A stretch of 64,000 nt of DNA from Phoronis australis (taxonomy: Eukaryota; Animalia; Phoronida), in NCBI GenBank assembly GCA_002633005.1, contig NMRA01000010.1, positions 1,661,298-1,725,297 on the forward strand, given 5' to 3'. Position 1 is the first letter of the stretch, and the number at the start of each line of letters is the position of its first letter. The position numbers and the translations under genes are program-made. Below are positions 11,904-24,147 of this stretch, in pieces. The notes beneath the pieces were generated by a model. It did not search any database. It was not told the origin of the DNA and saw only the letters and a list, made by a program, of their open reading frames with translations.

Positions 11904-12824
11904 CTACACTGTAGTCACGGTTTGACGTTTTGTGTTGTGGGGTAATGAGCTGTTGGTTTTTGCTGCCTTGCGTAGTTCTATATATCCCTTGAACATATCG
12001 ACCAGTATGGCTAACGGCAGGATCCAAAACAGTATCTCATTAACAATTCCCACAAGTTTGTGACTAATTTGAAGTTGCGGAGCCATAAGCAAACCGTTTG
12101 CGCAAGTTGCTACAAAAGATATGGCGAATATTGGAAACATTCGTTTGAAGATGACAAGATTCTTGGCTCGAATACGTTCCCCTACGCCCATGTCAAATGG
12201 CCGAACTGATGTTTTTCTTTTATAAATCTTCAACGTGCAAATTATACATGCCAGCAAAGGCGGCACTACTGCTGCAAGTATAGACATAACGCGAACTGGA
12301 GTAAAATGACTGGTGCAGGCGATGGCGTCATCGTAGAAATGCAAACGGATAGATCCGCGGCTCATTATCACGTGGAGAAGTCGTCGAAAACCAACAACGA
12401 GAAGTCCGTAAATAGTTGGACAAATGAGCCACTTAATGATGTATCGGAGTCGATTTCGATTTTCCTTAAAGACAAACGGGCGGTCCACGGCTAAGAAGAA
12501 CTGATAGCACAATACAGCAAATGAAGACAAGGTGATGATATTTGAACAAAACTTTAAGTCGCATCCCACATGCAGGGTCACGCTTTCCGTTACGTTAACT
12601 GTTGTGCTGTTCTCTGAATCGAACTGGATGAGTGTCCTGTTGGTGACTACAGCGTAGCGCATGAACGTGGAAAATATCCATTCAAGTAGGAGTGCTTGAA
12701 CGACCTGTAGCTTTTTCTTAAGGTCCTTTACTATCAAACAGAATAGAGAAATTTGCAAAAACACGCCAATGGTCAGAAAAGCAATCTTCGTCGCTGTGAG
12801 ATGTAGAGCGGTTACAGTATCCAT
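11904..12824 (-). CDS. Intronless divergent class-A-like 7TM G-protein-coupled receptor, 306 aa
   Basis: Intact 921-bp ORF with about 7 hydrophobic segments. Cys before TM3 (VGCD) and in ECL2 (IACT); YQFFLAVDRPFVF corresponds to the E/DRYxAVxxPxxY region; basic ICL3; AATAAA on minus at 11772-11777. Confidence 0.8.
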   Translation of the reverse strand: MDTVTALHLTATKIAFLTIGVFLQISLFCLIVKDLKKKLQVVQALLLEWIFSTFMRYAVVTNRTLIQFDSENSTTVNVTESVTLHVGCDLKFCSNIITLSSFAVLCYQFFLAVDRPFVFKENRNRLRYIIKWLICPTIYGLLVVGFRRLLHVIMSRGSIRLHFYDDAIACTSHFTPVRVMSILAAVVPPLLACIICTLKIYKRKTSVRPFDMGVGERIRAKNLVIFKRMFPIFAISFVATCANGLLMAPQLQISHKLVGIVNEILFWILPLAILVDMFKGYIELRKAAKTNSSLPHNTKRQTVTTV

Positions 12825-13192
12825 GACATTATATTAAAGCGGTATTCAACACTTAAGTCGCAAATCTTTGATTCATCTTGGCTTTATACTGTTCAGTTGC
12901 GTAACAGTAGATCGTCTTCTAAGGTTTCAACAAGCCATCGTATCTAACGTGGAAGTCATGACAAACTGACAAACTGAATCCTTTCGCTAATTATTTTTTC
13001 TTGAAGACCGCGTCTTCATTTATGTCTTTCGTTGGACAGGCGCGTCATTAGTGCGAGTCATGTGTAACATGAGACGAAAATATGCAATTGTTGCTCATCA
13101 GAGGCCAACAACGTGTATAATTTAGATAGCATATTTCAATTATATTGCGAGTAATATTGGATGGCTTCGGCTATACGGACGCTAACAACAAA

Positions 13193-13400
13193 ATGGCCGA
13201 CTTCCATATGGATCAGTGGATTTGGCGCTCTTATAAGATGACTGCGACTAACTGGACTTGCTCATGTTGGATGTAGACGATAAACCACGTACGAACAACA
13301 TTCCACCAAAACGTTCGAGAAGATTTGAATTCGAAGTCTATAACAGACGAACAATCAAGGTTATTTCGATAAGCTATTCTATGTGTTTTATCACGTACAA
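13193..13400 (+). pseudogene. Possible degenerate Harbinger-type transposase N-terminal fragment
   Basis: Acidic LDLLMLDVDDKPRTNNIPPKRSRRFEFE resembles N-termini of invertebrate HARBI1-like transposases; it has stops and no DDE part is visible. Confidence 0.25.
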
Positions 13401-15146
13401 TTACATCCACTGTATGGTTATCACAGAAAAGCAATACATATATGTTGCTTTATAATTTCAAGATAATCAAATTTTAAAGTAACATTCTAGATTCTGAATT
13501 GTTGATTAGTTGAGCAACTTTACCCAATAACCCTTATAGTAGCCAATGGGACACAATAGTACATACCTAGATATCAACAGCGTTTGAACCCCACTTTCAT
13601 TCCCGTGGATCCAGCGTGTTTTTGTTTTTTTTTCTTCCACAGTCCAAACGCTCGTGAAGGCAATTGACGCTGTTTTCCATGAAATAAATAATGACAAAGG
13701 GAGGCGACTTTCAAACTTTGAAGTTAAACAACTGCCAACAGTTGTGGTGTTCGATAGGCGTCGCACATGAACGCTGAATGATTTGATTTTCGTCAGTTTA
13801 AAGTCATCTCACAGGAAATTCAAAATGCAAGCCAAACACGCGCTACCCTCTCAAGCAGCTTGTACGTGTAACCCGTCAGTCGTGAACTAAACGCGGTTAA
13901 CGAGAAAAAATAAGGTCGTTGGAACTAAATTACGGTTAATGAGAAAAGAAATGCAGGTAGTAAGGATTGATCTGTGTTAATGAGAAAAGAACGCTGATAA
14001 TAAGAATGCCCGTGCATGCCGTGAAAAAGACTGACTGGGCTGTAATTGCTACACACACGACAAACGTAAGGCTCTCAACAGACTGTATGGTATTGAACAG
14101 GTTAGTCCAAGTAAAACAGCAGGGTTGATTCTGGTCTATGTTTTTGGAAAATCGAGTCGGCGTTCCGGTATCTTTTAGTTGCTCACTTTTTCAAAAATGC
14201 AATCCACCTGAGACTAGTTTTAACTAGTCATCATTTTAAAAAATGATGCGGGATATTTTACTCATGACAAAATATGGCATGTCAAGCCTTGTTTTTTCTT
14301 GCTTACGTGCCTTTGGGCACCTAGTATTCAAATATCCACCTGATCTAGGGTGTAACATGCAAGCGGTGTGCTCCGTAAATTGCCATTTCAGACTATTCGC
14401 TCATCTTTTCTTTTCAATACTAGATAGCATGTGAAATCTAAAGCGAATTTAGCATTGTATATGAAAAATCAGTTTTATACATTCTTAGATACAATGTTCA
14501 TCATCTTCAAAAAATCATTACGACCGACAAATCTAAATATTGTACAACGTAGAGCAAGAAAATCCTAATCTCAGATGAAAACATCTTAAACATGCACAGA
14601 AATCAAATGTAGTTAACTCCAGGCTGTTAGTTAGCAAAAGTTGTATCACCACACCTTCAATTATAGTTCAGTATGTTCTTCAGTGAAAGTATGAAGTCCC
14701 AAATGCCCTGTAACATGCGCTGCTTGGGTGGGAGTCAGCGCAGACCCTGAAGGTATATTTGTGTCTGCACTGCCGTGTAGTGTCCCACAAATGGGACGCT
14801 GGGCATAAATGGGTTAAGGTATAGCAGTGTCTGGTAAGTGGATGTGGTATGGTGTCAGTAGAGGGGCCTGTCGTTTACAGTGGCAGCGGTACTGCTCATC
14901 GTAATATATCCAACCTGTCCTGGTGTGCTGTGCTTGTACTCCGTAGGGGGGGTTAGCTTCAATGAATGTGGGGGCAGATCCGAGAAAGGCATCGTTCCAT
15001 TTCTCAGTGGTTGCAACTACCTTTTTCCCACATCCCCTGCCACTCCTATTCGCCTCTTGTCTACCAGGGTCACGTCCCCCCCCCCCNCGACGCAGGATGT
15101 GGCGGTGGACAGGATTGTTCTTCCATGAACAACCCTGCCCATGTGA

Positions 15147-16544
15147 CACATACTGAGCCACAACACCACGTTCCTTACAATACCTCTTTTTATCACTCCG
15201 TCTGGTCTGCTCACTTAGCTTGTCCGGAACCTGCTTTGCAGGTTGTTATAGCCCAGTTGGCTGTTTGGTGTACTCACTTGGTACTTTATATGGCAGTTTG
15301 TACCCATTTCGTACTTGTTATTGAATTTGCCGTTTTGCTCGACCCACTTGGTAGGCAATCGGCCAGTACACATTTGGTATTATGTACCCACTTGGTTCTA
15401 AGCTAACCTGTGCCTTTTAGTATCCGACTACTCAATTACTCATTGGGTATAGGAAATGTGTGTGTTATTTCTTGTGATTAAGTTACCCGCCGTCTGGCTC
15501 CTTCTGTTTAATATTTATTTGTAGAGCTGTGACCCTGAAATCCCCAATGCAACTTAAAATATATATTATTCTTGTTGTTATATTTGTCCCCAATAATGAG
15601 ATTTATGGCACTCTAACACAAATCCTATTATTTGGGCAAATAACATTCTACAGCCCTTCAAGCTTCATATCCAACTCCTAGTTAATTCCTACCAAGTCCG
15701 ATGGTAGCGCTGTTTGTTCATTCTCTCCAGCTTCCTGATGGCCCAGCCTCACGCAACAGTACTATCACTCTTAATTTTTCCCAATTAGACAATTTCATAC
15801 CTACCCCACCCTCCCTACCCTGGGTTCAACAAAATCTCAGTTAAACTGATTTATACTTTCCCACCCTACATACCTTGTGTTGAACAAAATCTGATGCTGG
15901 TTATTGCTTTTATTACAGCCATTGCTTGCACCTCCTTCAAGCCCGGAGCGTGTTACCGTCAAGAAAGAAAAGATGCCATTGGCTAGAGACCAGACCTGCA
16001 CTCGGGCGTCCATCACTGCAGCAAAGATTTTATAGTATCTTTGACTGCAGCTTGCCTCTCTCCAGCCCGGTCACAGCTCTCAGCACATACTGAGCCACAA
16101 CACCACGTTCATTATAACATCTCTGTTTATCATTCCGGCTGGTCTGCTCACTCAGCTTGTCTGGGACCTGCTTTGCAGGTTGTGATAGCCCAGTTGGATG
16201 TTTGGTGCACCCACTTGGCACTTTACATGATATTTGCCCATTTGGCAGTTTGTACCCATTTGGTACTTGTTATTGAATTTGCCGTTTTGCTCAACCCACC
16301 TGGTAGGCAATCGGCCAATACCTATTTGGCATTATGTACCCATTTGCTAACCTGTTTCACTCAGTACCCGATACTCAATTACACATTGTGTATCGTAAAT
16401 GTGTGTATGTGTGTGTTATCTCGTGTAATTAAAGAGCCCAGCTGGTTCCTTCTGTGAAATATCTATTTGTAGAGAAGTGACCCAGAAATTCCCAATACAA
16501 CTTAAAATATACATTATTCTTGTTGTTATATTTGTCCCCAATAA
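15147..16544 (+). repeat. Diverged direct repeat of about 450 bp (15147-15596 and 16084-16544) with internal TGTACCCA(T/C)TTGG subrepeats
   Basis: Both copies start CACATACTGAGCCACAACACCACGTTC and end TTGTTGTTATATTTGTCCCCAATAA; ORFs 14966..15406 and 16041..16457 are paralogous. Confidence 0.88.
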
Positions 16545-17512
16545 ATCCAGTAATGAGACCGCCGGGCCGTACTCACTGAGGTCTCAAAATGAAACATTAA
16601 GTTCCATAAATGTCAAGATCCAGCAACTACGTCAAATGTGTTACTAACTGTAGTTGCGTCTCTTTCGAGGCGAAAGGGACTTGATTTTACTGGATATACA
16701 TGTTGTTTGCTAATGATCCTAAAATCTGCCTTTTACCCTAAGCAAAATCGTGTTCAGACGAGTTTCCCGATGAAATTTTAGATTTTTTGACATAGGCCAA
16801 CACGGCAAAAGTTCAGGTGTACACAAGGTTCTGATGTGGGTGGATTTAGGACAGGAGGAAGGGAAACCACCACGTTCGACACAGGTCACACCTTATGGGT
16901 GTAACCAACAAAAAAGCATTGGCGACATCTTTTGGAACCCTTCATAATATCCTTGATCAGCCAATGCATTACACGTTAAATACGCAACACTAACAGCCTC
17001 GCAACGACTTCAAAACAGAATTTAACTTGCATTTAGTACAAATTGGTTGTTCGGTTCAATTAGAGGTCTGTGATGGCCTTAAATCACCACACTCATATTT
17101 TAATAATGGTTTCTTGGTGCTCACAGCATCAGGTATTCCAATATGACCTGGCATGAGGGAAGTACCGTGTTTATTGTGAATAATAAATACTGCACAACGT
17201 CTTACTTACTTTTGTGAACTCAGAGGTAGAGAGCAATGATTTTAGGTAAAATGCCTTCAAGTTGATTCTTGTACTATCGACAATTTCTACTTATCAATAG
17301 CTACCTCGATTCTTTTCGGAAACCACATTTTTGTCGAGTCTATCCTAGTTTTCACTTATGACAGCTTTGTAAGTGAGATATTTAGCAAAATAAACACCGC
17401 CCTTCTTGTTGTGATAGCGAGCTAGTAAATTAGATGATTGATTTATTTCGAAATATTGACACAGTTTTCATCATAGCAACGTATAGTAATTTCAGTTTCA
17501 TAGTTGAAATAA

Positions 17513-17690
17513 TCATGTCACCTCCAGCATACATTTGCAACTGTCTAGATACTTGTAATGAGTTCCACTGAAGGTGTGCTTTACGCTGGAACCAAATTCT
17601 ACTTGAACAGTTTCTTACACTGGTAAACTGCCGCAACAAGATGAGCATTTTACCATTGTTACTTCCACGCCAGTACAGACTAATGAGACT
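17513..17690 (-). pseudogene. Possible decayed exon of a cystine-knot (CTCK-like) secreted protein
   Basis: Minus translation VCTGVEVTMVKCSSCCGSLPV*ETVQVEFGSSVKHTFSGTHYKYLDSCKCMLEVT*: CxxCC...V.V.(C)...Y....SCxC spacing with one internal stop. Confidence 0.3.
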
Positions 17691-19647
17691 TTCTTGTGGA
17701 AAAGACCGTGCATGGACGTCGCACCTGTGCCGCGTGGTAGTCGAATGTGGAATCTCGTTTAGAAAAAAGTCCGAATTGTACTATCCAACACTATGCTATG
17801 TAAACAGAGCTGAAGTTCCACTGCAGAGCTTTTCACTACTTGGTGAAAAAGATATAAACCAAAAGAATGGGAAGAAAATTCTTGCTCAGTGTGTTAGTAC
17901 TAACAAAATCAAATTACTTTGACAGGAGATGCTGCGTTTGGGATTAAAATCAATTCACAGTGATTTTTTTAAGTGAATGCGCGTGTGATACGTATGAAAA
18001 TGAATCTGCAATTTCGACATGCAGACTTCCAACTATTTTTCGGATTTGTTACGTAATTTGGCGTGGCAAAATGTGTCAGCTCCGCGGATTTCTGTTTATG
18101 CTGCATTTGCTCATTTTTGCTCATAATGTACGCCGCACAATTCATAATATCATTGGCTGCAGTCGCACGCATTGACACCTAAATTGTTACTCACTCTGCA
18201 CACCTCCATCGAGCCAGGACATCAGCATGGAAACCATGGCGGGAAGTCCGCAACCTTCACGTGTACGCCTTGACTTATTCACCTTTGTTTCATGTTTGAT
18301 TCACGACAAATAATGCGAGCCAAATTTTTGAAACTTCTCATTTTTTCTCTTTGACACGCATTCCTGTAAAGTTCACGACCATTTTACTCTCCTTCGTTTA
18401 GAGTTTGATCATTGGCACGATAATTTACGTGCCAATGCGCGAGGTGGCGTACTAATCAGGGCTGTGACAGTTGCCTAAAAGTTAATTCGATGGATAGCAA
18501 TGGCGACGTAGTATTTTCCCACTTCGCGTTATTACCATTGAACAATCTACTTGACGTCATGCAAAATCAAATTTTTTCAGCGGATATGTTTTGAAATTTT
18601 GATTAACCTAATCCCGCAGTTGGCGTTGCTGGTTGCCGTGGAACGAACTATCTTCACAATTGTGCTTCCTTGTAATATATTTTAAGCGTAAGCTTGATTT
18701 TTTCTGAAAAGATTGCATAGTTTCCAATCTTGGACTAATAAAATACCCGCACTGAGGGTCCAAAAGTTCGAATAATTTCTACCCCTCGGCAGGATCTGCT
18801 TTGAAAGGCAGATAATGTAATAATTATAACAGCTGACCAGCGTGATTTTGGTCGGGGGTAACCGTTAAGGAAGTATCGCGATGTTCAACATCATGTCTGA
18901 ATTATCCTGGGCAAAGTAAACTTGAGAGAAAGATGGTGCTCGCGAACGTCACGTGGTTCAACAGTTGGGGGAAGTCGACCGTGTCACATCGCAGATTTTG
19001 GAAAAAGAATAAGAAATCTCCTTTTTGTAATAGTTCCAAACAACTGCTCAATGTTTCCAGAGATGAATGCGCGTAATTCTGTTCAACTTTGCGCCGTTTC
19101 AGTCAGAGCATGCCCGCTAGTGTTGGCTCACGTACTAGATACCCTGTGACCGTATATCTAGGCTTCGATTCACAGTGCAATGGAAAGTTAAACGCTCAAA
19201 TGTGTGAATTTTTTATTGTGACAAGAGGTCATGATGACAATTAATCAATTAATCAATACGAAAATCCTCCCACATTGATAGGAGCACCTTTATGACGTTT
19301 AGCATTATAAGATTGATTAGACTTGTTTGATGGAAAGCTCGCAATTTCCTGTCATGTTATCCGGGTTCGTTGAGTTGTTATCTCTGCTTAGTAAAAACAC
19401 GAATCAATCTTACCTCGTGGAAATAAATCGCTGTACTCTACGCAGAGGTGAGTGGCTTGAACAGTTGCGCTAAAAAAATGACCATGTTAGGCAGTCGAGT
19501 GTTTGTCCTCACCAACAATGTAACCTTTGTGCAAATCTTTATAAAATACAGCTTTTAGACAGATGTGGGCAAAAAACCCCAGTGGCCATTTAAAATCTTT
19601 CGCAAAATTAATGTTATTAAAAATTTTTTCTTGAGTAATTTTATTAC

Positions 19648-20117
19648 CGATTTAAACAAGTTACCCTTCTACTGTTATTCTGCTGCTAAATTTGTGGAGC
19701 GATCTTTGTACATCGGCTTTCAGCGCCCTGCAACAGAGCGTCACCTATTGGCCAAAATTGATTTTTCCGTCCGATTCTCCTATCAGCTGTTTTTTTTACA
19801 GGGTTGTTCACATGTCATAGAAAATTGTCGGAATATTTTTCACTTTGTTATAAGCTAGTTTTTTTGTTTTTTTTTTGAACAACTTATACTTCGAAGAAGT
19901 TGTCGCCATCTCTCGATGCTGAAGGAATTAGCAAAGCGGTACTTTTTCAAACGGCGCAATGAAATGACGTTGGTTGTAGTGTTATTCACTTAAACGGTTG
20001 TAATGAGCAAGGTGAGTGTCGAAACTAGCCAATAGGTGACACTTTATCTCATGTCGGCAAAAGCCTACTCATCAGATCGCTCAGCAGAAGCGGTAGAACG
20101 TCAATATGTCAACATCG
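19648..20117. mobile_element. Degenerate MITE-like element
   Basis: Inverted segments GTCACCTATTGGC (about 19740) / GCCAATAGGTGAC (about 20029), GAGCGATCT / AGATCGCTC, and TTCTAC..CTGCTG / CAGCAG..GTAGAA. Confidence 0.5.
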
Positions 20118-20638
20118 GCGCGTAACTTAGTTTATTCAAAGAAGAGTGTGGTTTTTAATGACTTTAATTTTGTGTCTGGTTTTATTTTGCAATTTGATTA
20201 ACACATCTGTGCAAAGCTTTGCACCAAATGAAGGCGGTGTGAAACATAGAGGTCCATTTGAGGTTAAAGAAGCATAGTCTCATAAAATTGTGATGAGGTA
20301 CTAATTTACAAACATCCCCGGCTCCATCAATGTGCCGAGAAACAGTTACTATAACAATCTCGTTAAAGTCTCATTTTCTAGACTATTTTTAAGTAAAATT
20401 AATGAGTATGGTAATTTTTCATCGTTACCTAATAAAAGTCACAGTTCTTAATATTTGCCTATTACACTATCAAATAAAACTTACGTAATGTTTGTAATTC
20501 CTATGTTTTTTGTATGTTCTCACTTGCTTTTAAGTTATGTTTACAAATTGTTTCTTTTCCTGATTACAGTTGTACACACAGTTCTCCAGGAAGCCACTAG
20601 GTGGTGCTTACTATAAATATAAATATTCAAGGTCTTAA

Positions 20639-21805
20639 AGGAGAATGCCGCCTGATTTGATTAGTCTTTTTACCGTCTTAATCGGTCTATCTCCACATCG
20701 CTTCGCATGTCGAAAGGTGTCGCGTTAACGTGTGAGGAATGTGAGAAACGATGCAGCGACGTCAGTGGTTCATTTGCAGAGTGAATGCCGCTGTCTTGCA
20801 GTGCATCCGTTGCCGCTTGTCCGAACTATGCAGCTGCGAGGAAAGCGGACATATCGTTTTTCGACTTCCTCGAGAGTCCGAAATGCTTAGAAAGTGGCTT
20901 GCGGTAGTGAAAAAATGATAAGTACGCTGTTAATAGCAAGTATGAGACCGTGAAACATCTCCGTGTCTGTGGCCGGCAGTCGTCGATACTGAGTCCGTCG
21001 AATGGCGACTTACCAAAGAACTATCCATACGTTCCGTTGCCTGTGCATGTTCACGGCGCCTCTCTAGTATTTCTTGACTGGCGCGGACCCTGACAAGTAA
21101 GTAGATTTGCAGTTTCGTGGCTAATTCACCAAAATACGAATTACGTGCACATTATTTCTTTGGTTCACTATTATAGTCTTTCGTGACTGGAGGCTTAGTT
21201 TCCAACTTAAGCTGGTTTTTGTTCTTGATGTCCAGTCTCGGCGGCCACGACGGGCCTGATCGGGTTCCGAGGCAATGGCTGGGATAACAAAGGTTTTGTG
21301 TGAATAGAACTGAAAAAAATCGCAAGTCTAAAAGTTCAACACCTAGCTATCTTTCATGTTTGTATTTCACGAAAGAATAATTCGAATTGATCACCAAACA
21401 GACCCAAACTGCCTCCCGATCGACCATGATAAATTGGCCTACCGAACCTAGGAGATTTCACTCTTCGACCGAACTCTGTAGGCTACCGTACGTTCAAATA
21501 CCTATAAATCCGTAACAGTGAAATAAAACACTGAACATGTTTGTTCAAGAACTCGATGTATTTGTAAGGGTTTTACATAGAAATTTGGTGATTTATTGGT
21601 GTAAAATGATGCATTCAAGCGATAAGTTGACACCAGTAAGCGTGTTGTGAACGGCTGAACAGACTGCGTTCGAACCGATTACGTCGTTGGTTAATTTCAA
21701 CACCTCCGTCAGCCGTCAGGTGTCAGGTAAAACAACTGAACTTGCTGTTATCGAATGGAACTACTCAATCTAAATTGATACAAAATAGGTTGAGAGGTGG
21801 CATCT
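20639..21805 (+). mobile_element. Non-autonomous Kolobok-type element, family 3, copy 2 (inverted relative to 6021-7700, about 500 bp shorter)
   Basis: TTAA at 20635-20638 and 21806-21809; starts AGGAGAATGCCGCC. Frameshifted THAP from about 20785 (MPLSCSASVAACPNY...LPRESEMLRKWLAVVK...HLRVCGR). Reverse-complement alignment to copy 1 lacks about 6752-7250. Confidence 0.85.
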
Positions 21806-23333
21806 TTAACACACAGCGTTATTTTGATGTTAATGTCTATGCAAATTGTTGACTGGTTAGTCCTTATTGTAGCTAGCCAGCTAGCTGTGAAAACACCCAG
21901 ATCGTAAAATTGCCGTGAGGACTTGACAGGGACCTCAGGGGTCTCACACTACACTGATTTATCCACATTATTTTGAAAACGCTTTGCCGAGTCACACATT
22001 GTGTGTCATAAAAGAGATAAGCAGCTGACGCAGCAAGCAGAACTACTCTCGTTTATCACATTGGTGTAGACCCACAGTTGAACTGTGGTTTTCTGTAGAC
22101 CCCAGACCGTCCCGAGTTGCACCATACATGTGCATGTATACCAACTCCAGACGGTCTCTCACGACGATTAAGCGTTATGAAAGTCAAACCACTATGGTTA
22201 ATAAGTTTATTTATTAAAGTGACAAGTACAATTATCGATTACAACAATACACTCCAGTTGATATGGATGTACCATTTGCGTTTATTTGTCACCTTCAATA
22301 CCGCATAATATATTTAAGTAGTAGGGTATAACGCCTCATTTCTTCTGATATATGCTTCTTTTACAAACTTTGTCGTTTGGCAAGAAAAGCCATGAAACAT
22401 GAACTGTTTTTTTTCAATGTTACGCAAATAATTAAACTCTAAGTTGCCAAAAGCAATTTTGGAGAAGAGATTAGTAAACAGTCTTGCACCAAGGATAGGT
22501 CAGCTTAGGGCAGTTATGAATGCAGACGTGAAATTTCATCCAACGCGGTTCTGTAGTATTTCAAATGCATTGCGGGGCGGTATCCTCTGTTTTAACTCCA
22601 CTAACGTGCGATAAAATCCATATCATAAAATTTTTAACAAAATGAAGCGAAAAAGTATCTTTAAATGAAATTGATTATAATAACTATTTACAGTCCAAAA
22701 GTAAAAGAAGGCAACGTGGACGCAGGTTCTGTAACACACCCTGGATCCAACTACTTTCCGCGCACTATCTTTAACGGTAATTTCTGAATATAGGCCACCC
22801 CAAAGTACGCCCATGGGCATATTTTCGGAACCAATCACAAATCACGCCAATGGGCGTATTTTCTTTTTGCATATTTTGAAAATTTAAATCCGGTTAGATA
22901 AAAGTTATAAACCGCATAGCAAAAGTGGCATAACTACTATGCGTCATGTTGGAACTATTGAATAATATTCTTGAAGTCACACAACAATCAAAGTAATCCA
23001 ACGGATACGTTTAATGCAACCCAGTCATTATGGATGGTTTTAAAGTACGTATGTCTTATGTTTTGAAGTATAATTTAGTTTAATTTGAGAATACATTATA
23101 TATTGACTCAAATGACGAATCATTTGACTAGGCAATGAGTGATTTTGTTGATAACTACATTGTAACCTTATAAGTACACCTCGAAGTACCTTTCTAATCC
23201 GTTGTATGGTTGCTGAGTGTGAAATGTGTATGAACGAATGAAATTCTCACTAGAGGGGCGATAAAAATATTTCTAGGGGACAGTTCACATATTACGTCAT
23301 CAGTCGAGGAGGAAGAGGTTTTGAAAAGATGAC

Positions 23334-24147
23334 TGTCAGAATAAATATTGATTAAGTAATTAGTAAGAATAGATCCATTTTAAGTAGACAAAATTTGTGC
23401 ATATTTACTTTTAAATCATGATGTCAAACTTGTTGACATGTACTTTAACGTCAAAAACTATTTTCAAATGGTGTTTACAACTTTGGGTTTTGTGGTCAAA
23501 GTACTATAGAGATTTTAGAAAATTCTGAGAACAAACTGTAACAGCCAATGATCTGATTGGGTATGATCATGTGGTTTCTATCAACCAATCACTAAACAAG
23601 AGAATATTATAGTATGGGCTTAAGTAAAAAAATGAGATGCGCTATAGTAGTTGAAGCATAAAGACTTGTTATAGTGTGCAGAGCCATCTCGTGGAAGATT
23701 CTAGAAAGGATCTTGGTAAGGGCAAGGGTTAACGAACAGGAAGTTAACTAAGAGCTTGTCACTTGCATCGTGGGTAGTAATATACTACTTGAAGTGTTGC
23801 GTCACCAGCCAGAGACTGTGACCAGCAAGAAGAATCGCGGGTAGAAGAAATTTTCTGCAAGTGTTGCATCACCAGAGACGGTGACCAGCAAGTACACTGT
23901 CGCAATACAGTGTGTGTCGTTCGAAGATTCACCAACAGGACAGTCATCCAACAAGTGGAGAGTCCTAGCTTGGATAGCAGATACTCTTCTTTGTAGTTGA
24001 TTGATTAATTTACAACAGGTTTCACTTGTTTAATTAGGGGTTATCATATAATAAATTAATTACTGGATTTGATTATTCACTTTCCATCTACGCACAATCT
24101 CAAAGCATAGCTACCTTTTAAACAAACCCAAAGTCAATCGTCTGGCA
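23334..24147. mobile_element. Solo LTR (814 bp)
   Basis: TGTCAGA...TCTGGCA termini (TG...CA, 6/7 inverted); 5-bp TSD ATGAC/ATGAG; internal tandem subrepeat at about 23790-23895; AATAAA at about 24050; absent from the paralogous site at about 5963. Confidence 0.75.
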
